Assembly (NCBI GenBank): GCA_903857665.1
Contig: CAIOFV010000098.1
Location: 968-64,967, forward strand
Reading direction: 5' to 3'
Length of the DNA: 64,000 nt
Source of the DNA: an uncultured Myxococcales bacterium
Lineage (GTDB): Bacteria; Myxococcota_A; UBA9042; DTJE01
In this document: positions 36,473 through 46,388 of the stretch, piece by piece
Numbering within the stretch: position 1 is the first letter of the stretch
How the letters are laid out: every line of letters begins with the position of its first letter
Translations under genes and position numbers: made by a program
The notes under the pieces: generated by a model
What the model was told of the DNA's origin: nothing
Database searches by the model: none
The model's input: the letters and a program-made list of their open reading frames with translations, nothing else

Positions 36473-38089
36473 ATGGATGCGACGACGAATCTCGCCGAAC
36501 AGGCGGGCCTGCCCCCCGCGAGCGCGACCCGCCCCCCGGCATCCACCGTTGACCGCCGCTGGGACGTGCTGGCCGGTATCGTGCTGGTAGCCGCCCTTGC
36601 ATTTCGGCTCGGCCACGTCGCCGAGGCCCGCTTCGCCGGCGACGAGGCCTTCCAGTTCACGGTCGCCAGCCGGGTGGCCGCGCTCCAGATGTTCCCCGTC
36701 ACCGGAACTGCCATCACCGGCGCCGTCGAGGCCTCGATTCCCGGAGGGATGTACTACCTCCTGAATGCCATTCCGCTGTTCTTCACGGACCGCGCCGAGG
36801 GTCCCATGGTGTTCACGTCCCTGCTGAACCTGCTGGCGCTGGCCTTCGGCTACTGGCTGCTCCGGCGCGAGTACGGGAGGCCCGCCGCGCTGGTCGCGCT
36901 GCTGGTGGCCGTCTTCAACCCCTTCCACGTCTTCCATTCCGACCGCCAGTGGAATCCCAACCTCATGGTCCCCTTCAGTTTCGCCTGGATGTACGCGATG
37001 ACCCGGATCGTGCGGGACCAGGGCCGCTGGTCCTGGTTCTGGCTCCCCGTGCTGCTGGCGATCCTCCTGCAGTTGCACCTGTCGGCGACGCTGGTCGTCG
37101 CGCTGACCGGGGTGGCGCTGGCCGTGGCACGGCCCCGGGCGATCGCGTGGAAACACCTCGCCGGCGGCGGCGCGGCCGCGGTCGCCCTCTACCTCCCGTA
37201 CGTGGTCTGGGACGCGCAGCAGGGATTTGTCGCCACGAAGGCGCTGCTGGCCAACCTGTCCGGGACCACGGCACCGGTGGCCGAGGCCCTGCGCGCGGCG
37301 TATTACATGGTCCTGTATCCCGCTGGCGACTTCACGTACGTCGTCGCGAAGGGGAACTTCTTCCCGATGACCGAGTGGGAGTTCCTGGGTGGCGACGGCG
37401 CCCGGATCTACGCGGACTTCCTGGGCCTGCCTGGGATCGCGGGATGGTGCCTGGCCGGCGGCATCGTCGCCGGGATCCTGGCGTCCCTGGTCGCCATGCT
37501 CGGCCTTCTGGTCGCCACGGCCCGGCGCCTCTTCCGGGGCCTCCGCCCCGCCATCGCGGCCGACCCCCTCGCGATGCTGGCCGCCATCAACCTTCCCCTG
37601 GTCCTGGCCGTGTTCTGGGGGCGCAAGCCCTTCTATCCCCATTTCACGATTGTCGTGTTCCCGCTGGCCCTGGTGCCTATCGCCTGGGCGGTGTCGCGCC
37701 TGAAGCCAGGCCGTGCCGTGATCGCGGCCGTGGGGACGGCGATTGCCCTGGCGGCCGTCCAGGGCGTGCTGACGTCCCGCTGGTACGCCCAGGACGAAAG
37801 CCTGACCAGCGTCCCGGTCCAGCGCGAGGCCGCGCGGGTCATCCTCGACGACTCGAGCGGCGCGCCGATGGCCTTCCAATGCGCACTGCCCCGGTCCCGC
37901 TGCAACAGCTATCCGATGCACATCCTGGCCCGCCAGGAAATGCGACGCGACTTCGTGGAACACGACCGCGCCGACCTCACCTATTCGCTGGTGCTCCCCG
38001 GCGAGGCCAACGCGGTCGGTGCCACCCGCGTCTGGGACCTCGGGCCGGACTGGCTGGTCCGGCGGGACAAGGCATCAGGATCCCGCTGA
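36473..38089 (+). CDS. ArnT/PMT (GT39/83)-like membrane glycosyltransferase
   Basis: DE motif after TM1 (GDEA), PGGMYY, FNPFHVFHS..QWNP, QLH, many TMs. Confidence 0.68.
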   Translation: MDATTNLAEQAGLPPASATRPPASTVDRRWDVLAGIVLVAALAFRLGHVAEARFAGDEAFQFTVASRVAALQMFPVTGTAITGAVEASIPGGMYYLLNAIPLFFTDRAEGPMVFTSLLNLLALAFGYWLLRREYGRPAALVALLVAVFNPFHVFHSDRQWNPNLMVPFSFAWMYAMTRIVRDQGRWSWFWLPVLLAILLQLHLSATLVVALTGVALAVARPRAIAWKHLAGGGAAAVALYLPYVVWDAQQGFVATKALLANLSGTTAPVAEALRAAYYMVLYPAGDFTYVVAKGNFFPMTEWEFLGGDGARIYADFLGLPGIAGWCLAGGIVAGILASLVAMLGLLVATARRLFRGLRPAIAADPLAMLAAINLPLVLAVFWGRKPFYPHFTIVVFPLALVPIAWAVSRLKPGRAVIAAVGTAIALAAVQGVLTSRWYAQDESLTSVPVQREAARVILDDSSGAPMAFQCALPRSRCNSYPMHILARQEMRRDFVEHDRADLTYSLVLPGEANAVGATRVWDLGPDWLVRRDKASGSR

Positions 38090-38244
38090 AAACGGCGCCT
38101 CCCGATCATTCCAGCCTCAACATGTCGATTGTCCCCTTTCCTTTCGCGATGCGATGGATAGCATTCGGCCCGAAGACCCAGACCCGAGTGATGGAGCCGG
38201 TCGCGCAGGCGACGGCATCTCGTCTTGCTCCAACAGGTTGGCTC

Positions 38245-39189
38245 ATGCAGTCACACGGCACCCGCAGAAGCATCCCGGACGAGCATCTGATCGAGGACCT
38301 GCGCCGCGTCGCCGGGCACCAGGGGACGGGTTCGCTGACGATGCGCTCCTATTCGCAGAACGGCGGGGTTTTCCACCCATCGACGTTCATCCGCCGGTTC
38401 GGGACCTGGTCGAAGGCGCTGGTCCGGGCGGGCTTGGCGGTCGTGCACTTCAATTCCGGGATCGATGCCGCCGTGGCGCTGGCCGACATGAAGTGCGTCG
38501 CCGTCCGGCTGGGCCGGACGACCCTGACGCAAGCGGAGTATCGCCGGCACGGGACGTGGGGTCGGGAGCCGTTCATCCGGCACTTCGGCTCCTGGATGGC
38601 GGCGCTGAAGGCCGCCGATCTCGGGCCGTCACGCACGTGGAACCTGTCCGACGAGGATCTGTTCCGCAACATCGAACGGTTGTGGCGCACCCTCGGGCGG
38701 CAACCCTATTACGGCGAGCTCGAAAAGCCCTTCTCGGCCTACGTGGCCGGGACCTATGAATACCGCTTCGGGACGTGGCGAAAGGCGCTGGACGCCTTCG
38801 TGGCCTTCATGGGAAGCCCTCCTTCGAACTGGACTGACGACGACGAGCGTTCGCCCGATGTCGGCGCGACCGCGACCGGGAAGAGGCCCCCGTGGACCAT
38901 CGACTGGCGCATGCGCTTCCAGGTGATGCGACGCGACGACTTCCGGTGCCTCCAGTGCGGGGCCTCCCCGACGCCGGGCGAGGAACTCGGGGTGGAACAC
39001 GTTCCCGGCAACAACGGGGCAACGGATCCCGTTCCCGCCGATTTCCGGACGCTGTGTCGGAGGTGTCAGGCGAAACAGCAGCCTCGACCGTTCGTCCGGT
39101 TCGGCGCCCGGGATCGCCGAAAGGCCGCGGACGCCGACAAGGCCCCGGGGGTCATTCGACCACTTCCAGCACCTGCGGGGCCGCGCTGA
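38245..39189 (+). CDS. Protein with three homing-endonuclease-associated repeats and a degenerate C-terminal HNH domain
   Basis: Repeats end RFGTWSKAL / HFGSWMAAL / RFGTWRKAL; then RFQVMRRDDFRCLQCG...EH...TLCRRCQ; start uncertain (38122, 38191 or 38245). Confidence 0.78.
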   Translation: MQSHGTRRSIPDEHLIEDLRRVAGHQGTGSLTMRSYSQNGGVFHPSTFIRRFGTWSKALVRAGLAVVHFNSGIDAAVALADMKCVAVRLGRTTLTQAEYRRHGTWGREPFIRHFGSWMAALKAADLGPSRTWNLSDEDLFRNIERLWRTLGRQPYYGELEKPFSAYVAGTYEYRFGTWRKALDAFVAFMGSPPSNWTDDDERSPDVGATATGKRPPWTIDWRMRFQVMRRDDFRCLQCGASPTPGEELGVEHVPGNNGATDPVPADFRTLCRRCQAKQQPRPFVRFGARDRRKAADADKAPGVIRPLPAPAGPR

Positions 39190-40456
39190 CCCGACCGCCG
39201 CCGATGACAAAGGCATCGCGCACCAGCGCCTCGGCCTCGGGCACCTTCGACGCGTCGTTGAACAGGATCGTCGCGAGAGGTTCCCCGGCCTTCACCTCGG
39301 CCCCGAGGCGCGCCCGCATCCGCAGCCCCACCGCAGGGTCGATGCGATCCTCCTTCCGTTGCCTCCCGCCGCCCAGGACCAGCGCTGCCAGCCCGACCTG
39401 CTCGCAGTCGATGGCCTGGACGTTGCCCGTCCGCGGCGCCTCCACGTCCCGCGAGGCCCTCGCAACGGGCAGGAGCCCGGGATCGTCCACCGCCCGCGCG
39501 TCGCCCCCCTGGAATGCGACCATCCGCCGGAAAACTTCCAGCCCGGACCCGTCGGCGATCGCCGCCCGGATTCGCGCCTCGCCGCCGTCCTGGGACGCAG
39601 CGGCGCCCCCCAGGGCCAGCATCCGCCCGCCCAGGGTCACGACCAGCCCGACGGTGTCCGCCGGACCTTCCCCGCGCAGCACCTCGATCGACTCCTCGAT
39701 TTCCAGCGCGTTCCCCACGGCCCAGCCGATGGGTTCGTTCATGTCGGTGAGGTAGGCCACCGTCTGCACGCCCGACCGGTTGCCCAGGCCCACCAGCGCG
39801 TGCGCCAGGGCCCGGGCCCGCTCCCGGGTCTTCATGAACGCCCCGGACCCGACCTTCACGTCCAGCACCAGCCCCGAAATCCCTTCGGCCAGCTTCTTGC
39901 TGAGGATCGACGCGGCGATCAGCGGGATCGATTCGACGGTGCCCGTCACGTCCCGCAAGGCGTACATGCGTTTGTCCGCCGGGACGATCGACTCGGTCTG
40001 GCCGATCATGCAGGTGCCGATCGTCGCCACCCCCTCGATGAACCGGGCCGGCGACAGGTCCGTCCGGAAGCCCGGGATCGATTCCAGTTTGTCCAGCGTG
40101 CCGCCCGTGTGGCCCAGGCCGCGGCCCGAGATCATCGGCACCTTCACGCCGCACGCGGCGACCAGCGGCGCCAGCGGGATGGAGATCTTGTCGCCGACCC
40201 CGCCGGTGGAGTGCTTGTCGACCTTTCGGCCGGGGAGGCGCGACAGGTCGAACACGTCGCCCGAATGCAGCATCGCCTGGGTCCAGGCGACCAGTTCCGC
40301 GTCGGTCAGCCCCCGGAAGAACACGGCCATCAGCAGCGCCGCCGCCTGGTAGTCCGGGACCTCCCCGCTGACGATGCCCGAGATGACCTCGCGGATCGTC
40401 GCCGGATCCAGTTCGGCCCCGTCGCGCTTGCGCCGGATCACTTCCGCCATGTGCAT
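39152..40456 (-). CDS. pdp: Thymidine / pyrimidine-nucleoside phosphorylase
   Basis: DKHSTGGVGDK, MISGRGLGHTGGTLDKLESIPG, YALRDVT, SILSKKLAEG. Confidence 0.95.
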   Translation of the reverse strand: MHMAEVIRRKRDGAELDPATIREVISGIVSGEVPDYQAAALLMAVFFRGLTDAELVAWTQAMLHSGDVFDLSRLPGRKVDKHSTGGVGDKISIPLAPLVAACGVKVPMISGRGLGHTGGTLDKLESIPGFRTDLSPARFIEGVATIGTCMIGQTESIVPADKRMYALRDVTGTVESIPLIAASILSKKLAEGISGLVLDVKVGSGAFMKTRERARALAHALVGLGNRSGVQTVAYLTDMNEPIGWAVGNALEIEESIEVLRGEGPADTVGLVVTLGGRMLALGGAAASQDGGEARIRAAIADGSGLEVFRRMVAFQGGDARAVDDPGLLPVARASRDVEAPRTGNVQAIDCEQVGLAALVLGGGRQRKEDRIDPAVGLRMRARLGAEVKAGEPLATILFNDASKVPEAEALVRDAFVIGGGRVSAAPQVLEVVE

Positions 40457-40496
40457 CGCGCGTCTCCTCAATCCCGGAACGATGGCCCGGAGGGGA

Positions 40497-41165
40497 TCAT
40501 GCGGGCCCGGGGCGATCGGCAACGGCGCGCGCCAGCAGGATGACGCGGCCTTCCTTCACCACGACCGAAAACGACACGTCGGGAACGCCCAGCTTCTGGG
40601 CCTGGGCCAGGCGCTGCTTGTCGAGGCCGGCCCTGAAGGCCGACTCGGTGATGCCCTCGTTCGCGAGGCCCAGGGAGGACCGGGCCGAGATGTAGTCGAT
40701 GTAAAGGCGCTTGAGCGGGTCGTCCGGTTCGGGCGCGGGCGCGGCCGCGCGAGCCGGAGTCGCCCGCACCGACGGCGTAGGTGGCGGCGAAGACTGCGTC
40801 GCCGGCAAGCCCTCATCCTCATCCACCGGTTGGGCCTCCCGGGGGGTGCTGCTGGCATACCCGGCGTCGCGCCGCATGGACTCCCGGGTGATCCTGCCTT
40901 CCTCCAACTCGCGCATGATCCGGTCCCAGTGCACCGCCAGCGTCCGGTACCGCTGCAGCAGGGCCTGGAACCTGAACTTGTGGACCGCGCGGCGTGCGTC
41001 GTTCAGGGCGCTCACGCGGATGAACCGCTCCAACTGGTCGCGCTCGAACAGCGGGGGCAGCTTCTCCAGGCCCAGGAAGAAGCCCTGGTATTTGACGCGC
41101 ATCTTTTCGATGCGGATCGCCAGGTCGGCGAGGTCGTTGTCCAGTTCCTTGTCGGTGACCGCCAC
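40497..41165 (-). CDS. MXAN_5187 C-terminal-domain-like myxobacterial protein
   Basis: Y..FF.GLEK.PP...W.R..RE.EEG N-terminal region and LY..Y..AR...V.FSVVVKEGRVILLA C-terminus. Confidence 0.7.
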   Translation of the reverse strand: MAVTDKELDNDLADLAIRIEKMRVKYQGFFLGLEKLPPLFERDQLERFIRVSALNDARRAVHKFRFQALLQRYRTLAVHWDRIMRELEEGRITRESMRRDAGYASSTPREAQPVDEDEGLPATQSSPPPTPSVRATPARAAAPAPEPDDPLKRLYIDYISARSSLGLANEGITESAFRAGLDKQRLAQAQKLGVPDVSFSVVVKEGRVILLARAVADRPGPA

Positions 41166-41169
41166 GGGT

Positions 41170-42483
41170 TCACCCCTTCGATGCGCCCCTGCGCAGGTGC
41201 TCTGCCAGGTCCGCCAATGCCACGGACGCCTGCTCGCCCGTCGACAGGTCCTTCACCGCGACCCGCCCTTCCGCCGCTTCCGCGTCGCCCAGCAGCAGCG
41301 CGAACCGCGCCCCGCGACGCACCGCGTACTCGATCTGCTTCTTCAGGCGCGCGGCAGGCTCGGGCGCAGACTCGGCCCGCAGGCCCGCCCGGCGCAGGTC
41401 CGCCACCACGCGCACTCCGGCCGCCAGCAGCGGTTCCCCCAGGATGCACAGCACGGCCTGCGGGCCGGTCGCGCCGGTGGGGGCGCAACCCAGTTCAGCC
41501 AGTGCCGCGAACAACCGGTCCACGCCGATGCTGATCCCGACGCAGGGAATCGCCGGCACGCCGTAGGTTTCCAGCAGCGTGTCGTACCGCCCACCGCTCA
41601 TCACCGAACCGACCGACGGCAGGTCCAGCAGCGTGGTTTCGTACACTGTGCCCGTGTAGTAGTCCAGGCCGCGGGCGATGCGGAGGTCCAGCCCGACCCG
41701 GTCGCCGTGCCCCATGGCCTCCAGGACGCGCATCACGGTCCGCAGGTGCGCCACGCCCGGGGAGGCGTCGGGATGCGCCACGACACGATCCAGCGCCGCC
41801 TCGTCTCGCCCGTCGCCCAGCAGGCCCAGCAGCCGATCCGCGCGATCCGGCCCCACGCCATCCAGCCCGGCCAGGATTTCCCGCACCGCGTCGCGCCCGA
41901 TTTTTTCCAGCTTGTCGATGGTCCGCAGGACCTCGGCCTGGGCCTTCGGATCGGCCACGTCGGCTTCGGCCAGCAGCGCGTTCAGTACGCCGCGGTGGCC
42001 CACCCGCACCATGAACCGCGTAAGCCCCAGGCCCTCCAGTGCCAGGATGCCCGCGGCGATGCAATCGGCATCGGACAGCGGCGAGGCCGATCCCACGATG
42101 TCGGCATCGTACTGCATGAACTCGCGAAAACGCCCGTGGGCGGGCTTTTCGGCACGCCACACGGTCCCGGCCTGGTACCGCTTGAACGGCTTGGGGAGGT
42201 CCCGGTACTGCGCCACGACGCGCGCCAGCGGCACGGTCAGATCGTATCGCAACGCCACCTTGCGGCCGCCGTTGTCCTCGAACCGGTACAGCAGTTTTTC
42301 GCCCTCGTCGCCGTACTTGCCCAGCAGGACGTCGGCATACTCGATGGCGGGCGTCGATAGCGGCGCGAAGCCGCACGCCTCGAAGGCCCGCGTGATCGCG
42401 TCCAGCATGGTCTGCCGACCCGCCTGCTCGGCCGGCAGGAAATCCCGGAACCCCTTCAACAGCCTCGGCTCGACCACTGCCAC
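41170..42483 (-). CDS. hisS: Histidine--tRNA ligase
   Basis: KGFRDFLP, LRYDLTVPLAR, WRAEKP..GRFREFMQ.D, ARGLDYYTG, GGRYD. Confidence 0.96.
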   Translation of the reverse strand: MAVVEPRLLKGFRDFLPAEQAGRQTMLDAITRAFEACGFAPLSTPAIEYADVLLGKYGDEGEKLLYRFEDNGGRKVALRYDLTVPLARVVAQYRDLPKPFKRYQAGTVWRAEKPAHGRFREFMQYDADIVGSASPLSDADCIAAGILALEGLGLTRFMVRVGHRGVLNALLAEADVADPKAQAEVLRTIDKLEKIGRDAVREILAGLDGVGPDRADRLLGLLGDGRDEAALDRVVAHPDASPGVAHLRTVMRVLEAMGHGDRVGLDLRIARGLDYYTGTVYETTLLDLPSVGSVMSGGRYDTLLETYGVPAIPCVGISIGVDRLFAALAELGCAPTGATGPQAVLCILGEPLLAAGVRVVADLRRAGLRAESAPEPAARLKKQIEYAVRRGARFALLLGDAEAAEGRVAVKDLSTGEQASVALADLAEHLRRGASKG

Positions 42484-42625
42484 TGCGTCCCTTCCCCCGA
42501 AACATCGACGGCAGGGATTCTACCACGGCGTCTTGGGCGAAGTCGGACAGGCGCTCGATGGGCACATGGCCACTCCGGCTCCCGCGGCTTGCAGGCGCCC
42601 GGGTTTCAGGTGTAGAACGCCCTTC

Positions 42626-43504
42626 ATGAGGCTGATCCGGACGAATTCGACGTTGCCGCTCCTGGCCACAGCGGCCTGCCTTGCCTGCGCCACGCCTCCG
42701 TCCCCCGCACGAACGACGCCGCGCGGGCCGACCCTGGCGGGCCTGAAGGTCGAATTCGTGTCGGCCGACGAGGGAAGCGCGCCCGAGGACTGCCCGGCCG
42801 CGACGGGCATCGGCTTCGCGCTGCTGGCCGGCCTGGACCTGGACGCCGCGGCCAGGCCGGTGCTGGAGGTGGCGATCGGGTGCGAGTCCGGCCCGCCCTC
42901 CGACGAGCCCGGGACCGTGACCGTGTCGGTCGAGGTGTCCCTGGACCTGGCCACGTCCGGCCACCCGGACGAGTCCTACGATGGCGCGGGGATGGCAACC
43001 TGTACCGGGTGCGGCGGCGGAAAGGCGCCGGGGGCGCTGGCGATGACCGTGGCACGGGCGGTCCGGGAGGCGCTGGACCTGGCCCTGGGGCAGGCCCGGG
43101 TGGCGCTGCTGCCGGACGACGCTGTAACGGCAATCCTCGCGTCCCCGGACGGCGACGCCCGATCGGTGCTGCTGGCCGCCCTGGAGGAGGCCGCGATGCG
43201 CCGGCTGCGCGCGGCCCTCGAACCGGCGGCGCGCCTGCTGGATTCGGACGACGACGACGTCGCGTTGCGCGCGGTGGGCGTACTGTCCCGGTTGCAGGAA
43301 CCGGGGGCGCTGAAGGCGCTGGGCAAGGCGGCGCTGACGAAGCGGTCGGAGGTGCCGTTCGCGGCACTGCGAGCCATGGCCGACATCGACGGCCCCGAGG
43401 CGCGACGCGCGCTGGAGCTGGTGGCGGGACAAGCGACCGACCCGATCCTGGCCCGGGAGGCCAACGAACTGCTCCACGAAATCACCGACGGCGGCAGCGA
43501 GTAG
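42626..43504 (+). CDS. HEAT-repeat lipoprotein
   Basis: Lipobox CLAC, C-terminal HEAT repeats (DVALRAVGVL, ALRAMADI). Confidence 0.68.
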   Translation: MRLIRTNSTLPLLATAACLACATPPSPARTTPRGPTLAGLKVEFVSADEGSAPEDCPAATGIGFALLAGLDLDAAARPVLEVAIGCESGPPSDEPGTVTVSVEVSLDLATSGHPDESYDGAGMATCTGCGGGKAPGALAMTVARAVREALDLALGQARVALLPDDAVTAILASPDGDARSVLLAALEEAAMRRLRAALEPAARLLDSDDDDVALRAVGVLSRLQEPGALKALGKAALTKRSEVPFAALRAMADIDGPEARRALELVAGQATDPILAREANELLHEITDGGSE

Positions 43505-43585
43505 CGTCATCCGGCCCCGAAACCTTGATCCCCGGCCCGAAGCGATCGATCCTTCAACGACCTTGACGCCCGGAGCACTCCCATC

Positions 43586-44974
43586 GTGCAGTCGAGTCCC
43601 CTGGACCTCCGTGCTCCCCTTCGCGTCCACATGCTCGGCATCGGCGGCGTGGGCGTCAGTGCCGTGGCGCGCCTCCTGCTGCAGCGCGGGTTCCCGGTGT
43701 CGGGATCCGACGTCCGCGAATCCTCGATCACCCTGGCCCTGCGGACCGAGGGCGCGACGGTGACCATCGGCCACTCGCCGGCGAACCTGGCCGGGGCCGA
43801 ACTGGTCGTCGTGTCCACGGCGATCCCGGAAACGAATCCCGAACTGATCGCGGCGCGCCAGGCCGGCTTGCCCGTGGTGCACCGCTCCGAGGTGCTGGGC
43901 GGCCTGATGGTCGGCCGGCGGGCGATTGGCGTGACCGGCACCAACGGCAAGGGATCGGTGTCCTCCCTTGTGGCGTTCCTGCTGGACCGGGCCGGCCTGC
44001 AGCCTTCCTTCGCCATCGGCGCGATGCTGCTGGATTTCGGCACCAACGCCCGGGAGGCCGCGGGCCGGCACCTCGTGTGCGAGCTGGACGAATCGGACGG
44101 TTCTTTCGAAAACACGTGGCCCGACCGCCTGGTCATCAACAACCTGGAAGCCGACCACCTGAACTACTACAAGGACCTGGAAGGCCTGCTGCGGCACTTC
44201 GCGGCCTACCTGGCGTCGCCGGGCTCGCCCCGGCTGCTGCACATCTTCGGCGACGATTCCAACTGCCTCGACGTGCTGCGGCGGGCCGGCCGGACCGCGA
44301 TCACGTTCGGGCGCGACGCGGCGTGCGACTACCGGGTCACGGCGCTGGCGCTGGAGGGCTTCGGTTCCCGGTTCTCGCTGGCGGGGCCGCGAGGCGACCT
44401 GGGCGAGTTCGTGCTGAACCTGCCGGGCGAGTACAACGCGATGAACGCCGTGGCGGCCCTCTCCGTGGCCCTCGAGGAGGGCGCGGGCGTCGAGGCCTGC
44501 CGGACGGCGCTGCCGACGTTCAAGGGCCTGGAAAACCGCTTCACGCTGATCCGGGCCGGGCGGCACCTGGTGGTCAAGGACTACATCTCGCACCCCGCGG
44601 GCATCCGCAGCGTGCTGGCCGGGGCGAAGGCCTTCGCGCCGGCGCGGGTGGTGGCGGTCTTCAAGCCCTATCGCTTCACGATGATCCACTACCTCGGGGA
44701 CGAGTACGGGACCGCGTTCGCGGACGCGGGCCTGACGCTGGTCACCGAACTGTACACGGCCGGCGAGGTGCCGATCCCCGGGGTGGACGCCCCCTGGCTG
44801 GTCGAAAAGATCCGGGCGCACGGCTCCGAGGTCCAGTTCGTGCCCGCGATGGGGGACCTCCTGACGGTGCTGCGCGACCGGGTGGTCAGCGACGACACGG
44901 TGATCTTCTTCGGCGGCGACGACCTGTTCGCGCTGGCCGATTCGTTCGCGGCCGAGTTGCAGGGCCGGTCGTAG
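43586..44974 (+). CDS. murC: UDP-N-acetylmuramate--amino acid ligase MurC (atypical motifs)
   Basis: GIGGVGVSAVA, VSGSD, VVSTAI..NPE, ELDESD, DHLNYY; P-loop GTNGKGS and C-terminal KDYISHP/FKPYRFT are divergent. Confidence 0.85.
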   Translation: MQSSPLDLRAPLRVHMLGIGGVGVSAVARLLLQRGFPVSGSDVRESSITLALRTEGATVTIGHSPANLAGAELVVVSTAIPETNPELIAARQAGLPVVHRSEVLGGLMVGRRAIGVTGTNGKGSVSSLVAFLLDRAGLQPSFAIGAMLLDFGTNAREAAGRHLVCELDESDGSFENTWPDRLVINNLEADHLNYYKDLEGLLRHFAAYLASPGSPRLLHIFGDDSNCLDVLRRAGRTAITFGRDAACDYRVTALALEGFGSRFSLAGPRGDLGEFVLNLPGEYNAMNAVAALSVALEEGAGVEACRTALPTFKGLENRFTLIRAGRHLVVKDYISHPAGIRSVLAGAKAFAPARVVAVFKPYRFTMIHYLGDEYGTAFADAGLTLVTELYTAGEVPIPGVDAPWLVEKIRAHGSEVQFVPAMGDLLTVLRDRVVSDDTVIFFGGDDLFALADSFAAELQGRS

Positions 44975-44999
44975 GCCCCCGCGAACATCGGGAGGAACC

Positions 45000-46358
45000 A
45001 TGCGGATCGAAGGCGCCTCGTTCAGCGTGCTGGGCATGGGCAAGAGCGGCATCGCGGCCGCGAACCTCCTGGCCCGCCAGGGCGGTGACGTGCTGCTGTC
45101 CGACGGCGCGGACACGGAGGACCTGCGGCGCAGGGCCGAAACCCTGGTCGATTTCCGCGTGCAGACCGTGTTCGGGAAGGAAACGGTGCGGTCGGGTGAC
45201 GTGGCGGTGCTGTCGCCCGGCATCGCGCCAGCGGCCCAGGCCTTCCGGGACGCCCATCGCCTGGCCTCCGAGGTCATCGGGGAGGTCGAACTGTTCTACC
45301 GCCTGTTCCCGGGGCGGATCCTCGCCATCACCGGCACGGACGGCAAGAGCACCACGACGACGCTGGCGGCGCACCTGCTGAACGCTGCCGGCATCCCGGC
45401 CCACGCGGCCGGCAACCTCGGGAATCCCGTGTGCGACCTGGTCGGCGTGGTCGATGACAACGACGTGGTGGTGGCCGAGGTGTCCTGCTACCAGTTGCTG
45501 ACGACCGTCCGGTTCCGACCCCAGGTGGCGCTGGTCACCAACCTGGCCGAGGACCACCTGGAGCACCACGGCTCCTGGGCCGCCTACGTGGCGGCCAAGG
45601 CGCGCGTGATCGAGCGGCAGGCCCACGGCGACACGTTCGTCCGCAACCTGGACGACGGGTTCCTGTCGAACTGGCTGCGACCGGGCGACCCGTGGGTCCG
45701 CGACAACGGCCAGCACGTGCTGGACGTGTCGCGCTCGGGTCCCGTGGCCGACGGCGCCTTCCTGCTGGACGGCGGCCTGCACCTGGCGCGGGATGGCCGC
45801 GAGACGCGCGTCGCCGATCGGTCGGAGTTCCCCCTGCCGGGCGAGCACAACACCGAAAACGTGCTGCTGGCCCTGGCAGCCACCAGCGCCCTCGGGGCGG
45901 ACGCCGAGGGCCTCGCCCGGGGACTCGCGTCGTACCGGGGCCTCCCGCATCGCATCGAACGGATCCGCACGCTGGACGGGGTCACGTTCTTCAACGACTC
46001 GAAGGCGACGAACCCGCATGCCGCGATCACGGGACTCCGGGCGTTCGATCGGCGCGTGGTGCTGATCGCCGGCGGCTACGAAAAGGGGCTGCCGCTGTCG
46101 GACCTCGCGATCGAAATCGAGCGGCGCTGCAGTGCGCTGGTGCTGACGGGCGACTGCGCGGACCGGATGAAGCGGGAGTTCCCGCGCGGGGTCCCCTCGG
46201 AGGTCGTGGACGACCTGGAGGCCGCCGTGATCCGGGCCTGGGAACTGGCCCGGCCCGAGGGCATCGTGCTGTTCTCGCCCGCCGCGTCCTCCTTCGACCG
46301 CTACACGTCGTTCGAGCAGCGCGGGGATCATTTCCGCACGATCGTCGAAGCTCTCTAG
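45000..46358 (+). CDS. murD: UDP-N-acetylmuramoyl-L-alanine--D-glutamate ligase
   Basis: GMGKSG, SPGI, ITGTDGKSTTT, EVSCYQL, NDSKATN, SPAASSFD...FEQRG. Confidence 0.93.
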   Translation: MRIEGASFSVLGMGKSGIAAANLLARQGGDVLLSDGADTEDLRRRAETLVDFRVQTVFGKETVRSGDVAVLSPGIAPAAQAFRDAHRLASEVIGEVELFYRLFPGRILAITGTDGKSTTTTLAAHLLNAAGIPAHAAGNLGNPVCDLVGVVDDNDVVVAEVSCYQLLTTVRFRPQVALVTNLAEDHLEHHGSWAAYVAAKARVIERQAHGDTFVRNLDDGFLSNWLRPGDPWVRDNGQHVLDVSRSGPVADGAFLLDGGLHLARDGRETRVADRSEFPLPGEHNTENVLLALAATSALGADAEGLARGLASYRGLPHRIERIRTLDGVTFFNDSKATNPHAAITGLRAFDRRVVLIAGGYEKGLPLSDLAIEIERRCSALVLTGDCADRMKREFPRGVPSEVVDDLEAAVIRAWELARPEGIVLFSPAASSFDRYTSFEQRGDHFRTIVEAL

Positions 46359-46388
46359 AAGGCCGGCCAGCCCCGGGCCACGCCAGGG

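Noticed and set aside
38245-39189. HNH gene as an intron, intein or IS element
   Set aside because: No interrupted host gene, terminal repeats or transposase seen
41495-45277. Very long alternative-frame and antisense ORFs (e.g. 41495-45277, 8911-11712, 20045-22474, 53334-56039, 57850-60015)
   Set aside because: Shadows of real genes in high-GC DNA with few stops; they are Arg/Pro/Gly-rich or mirror-codon sequences with no motifs
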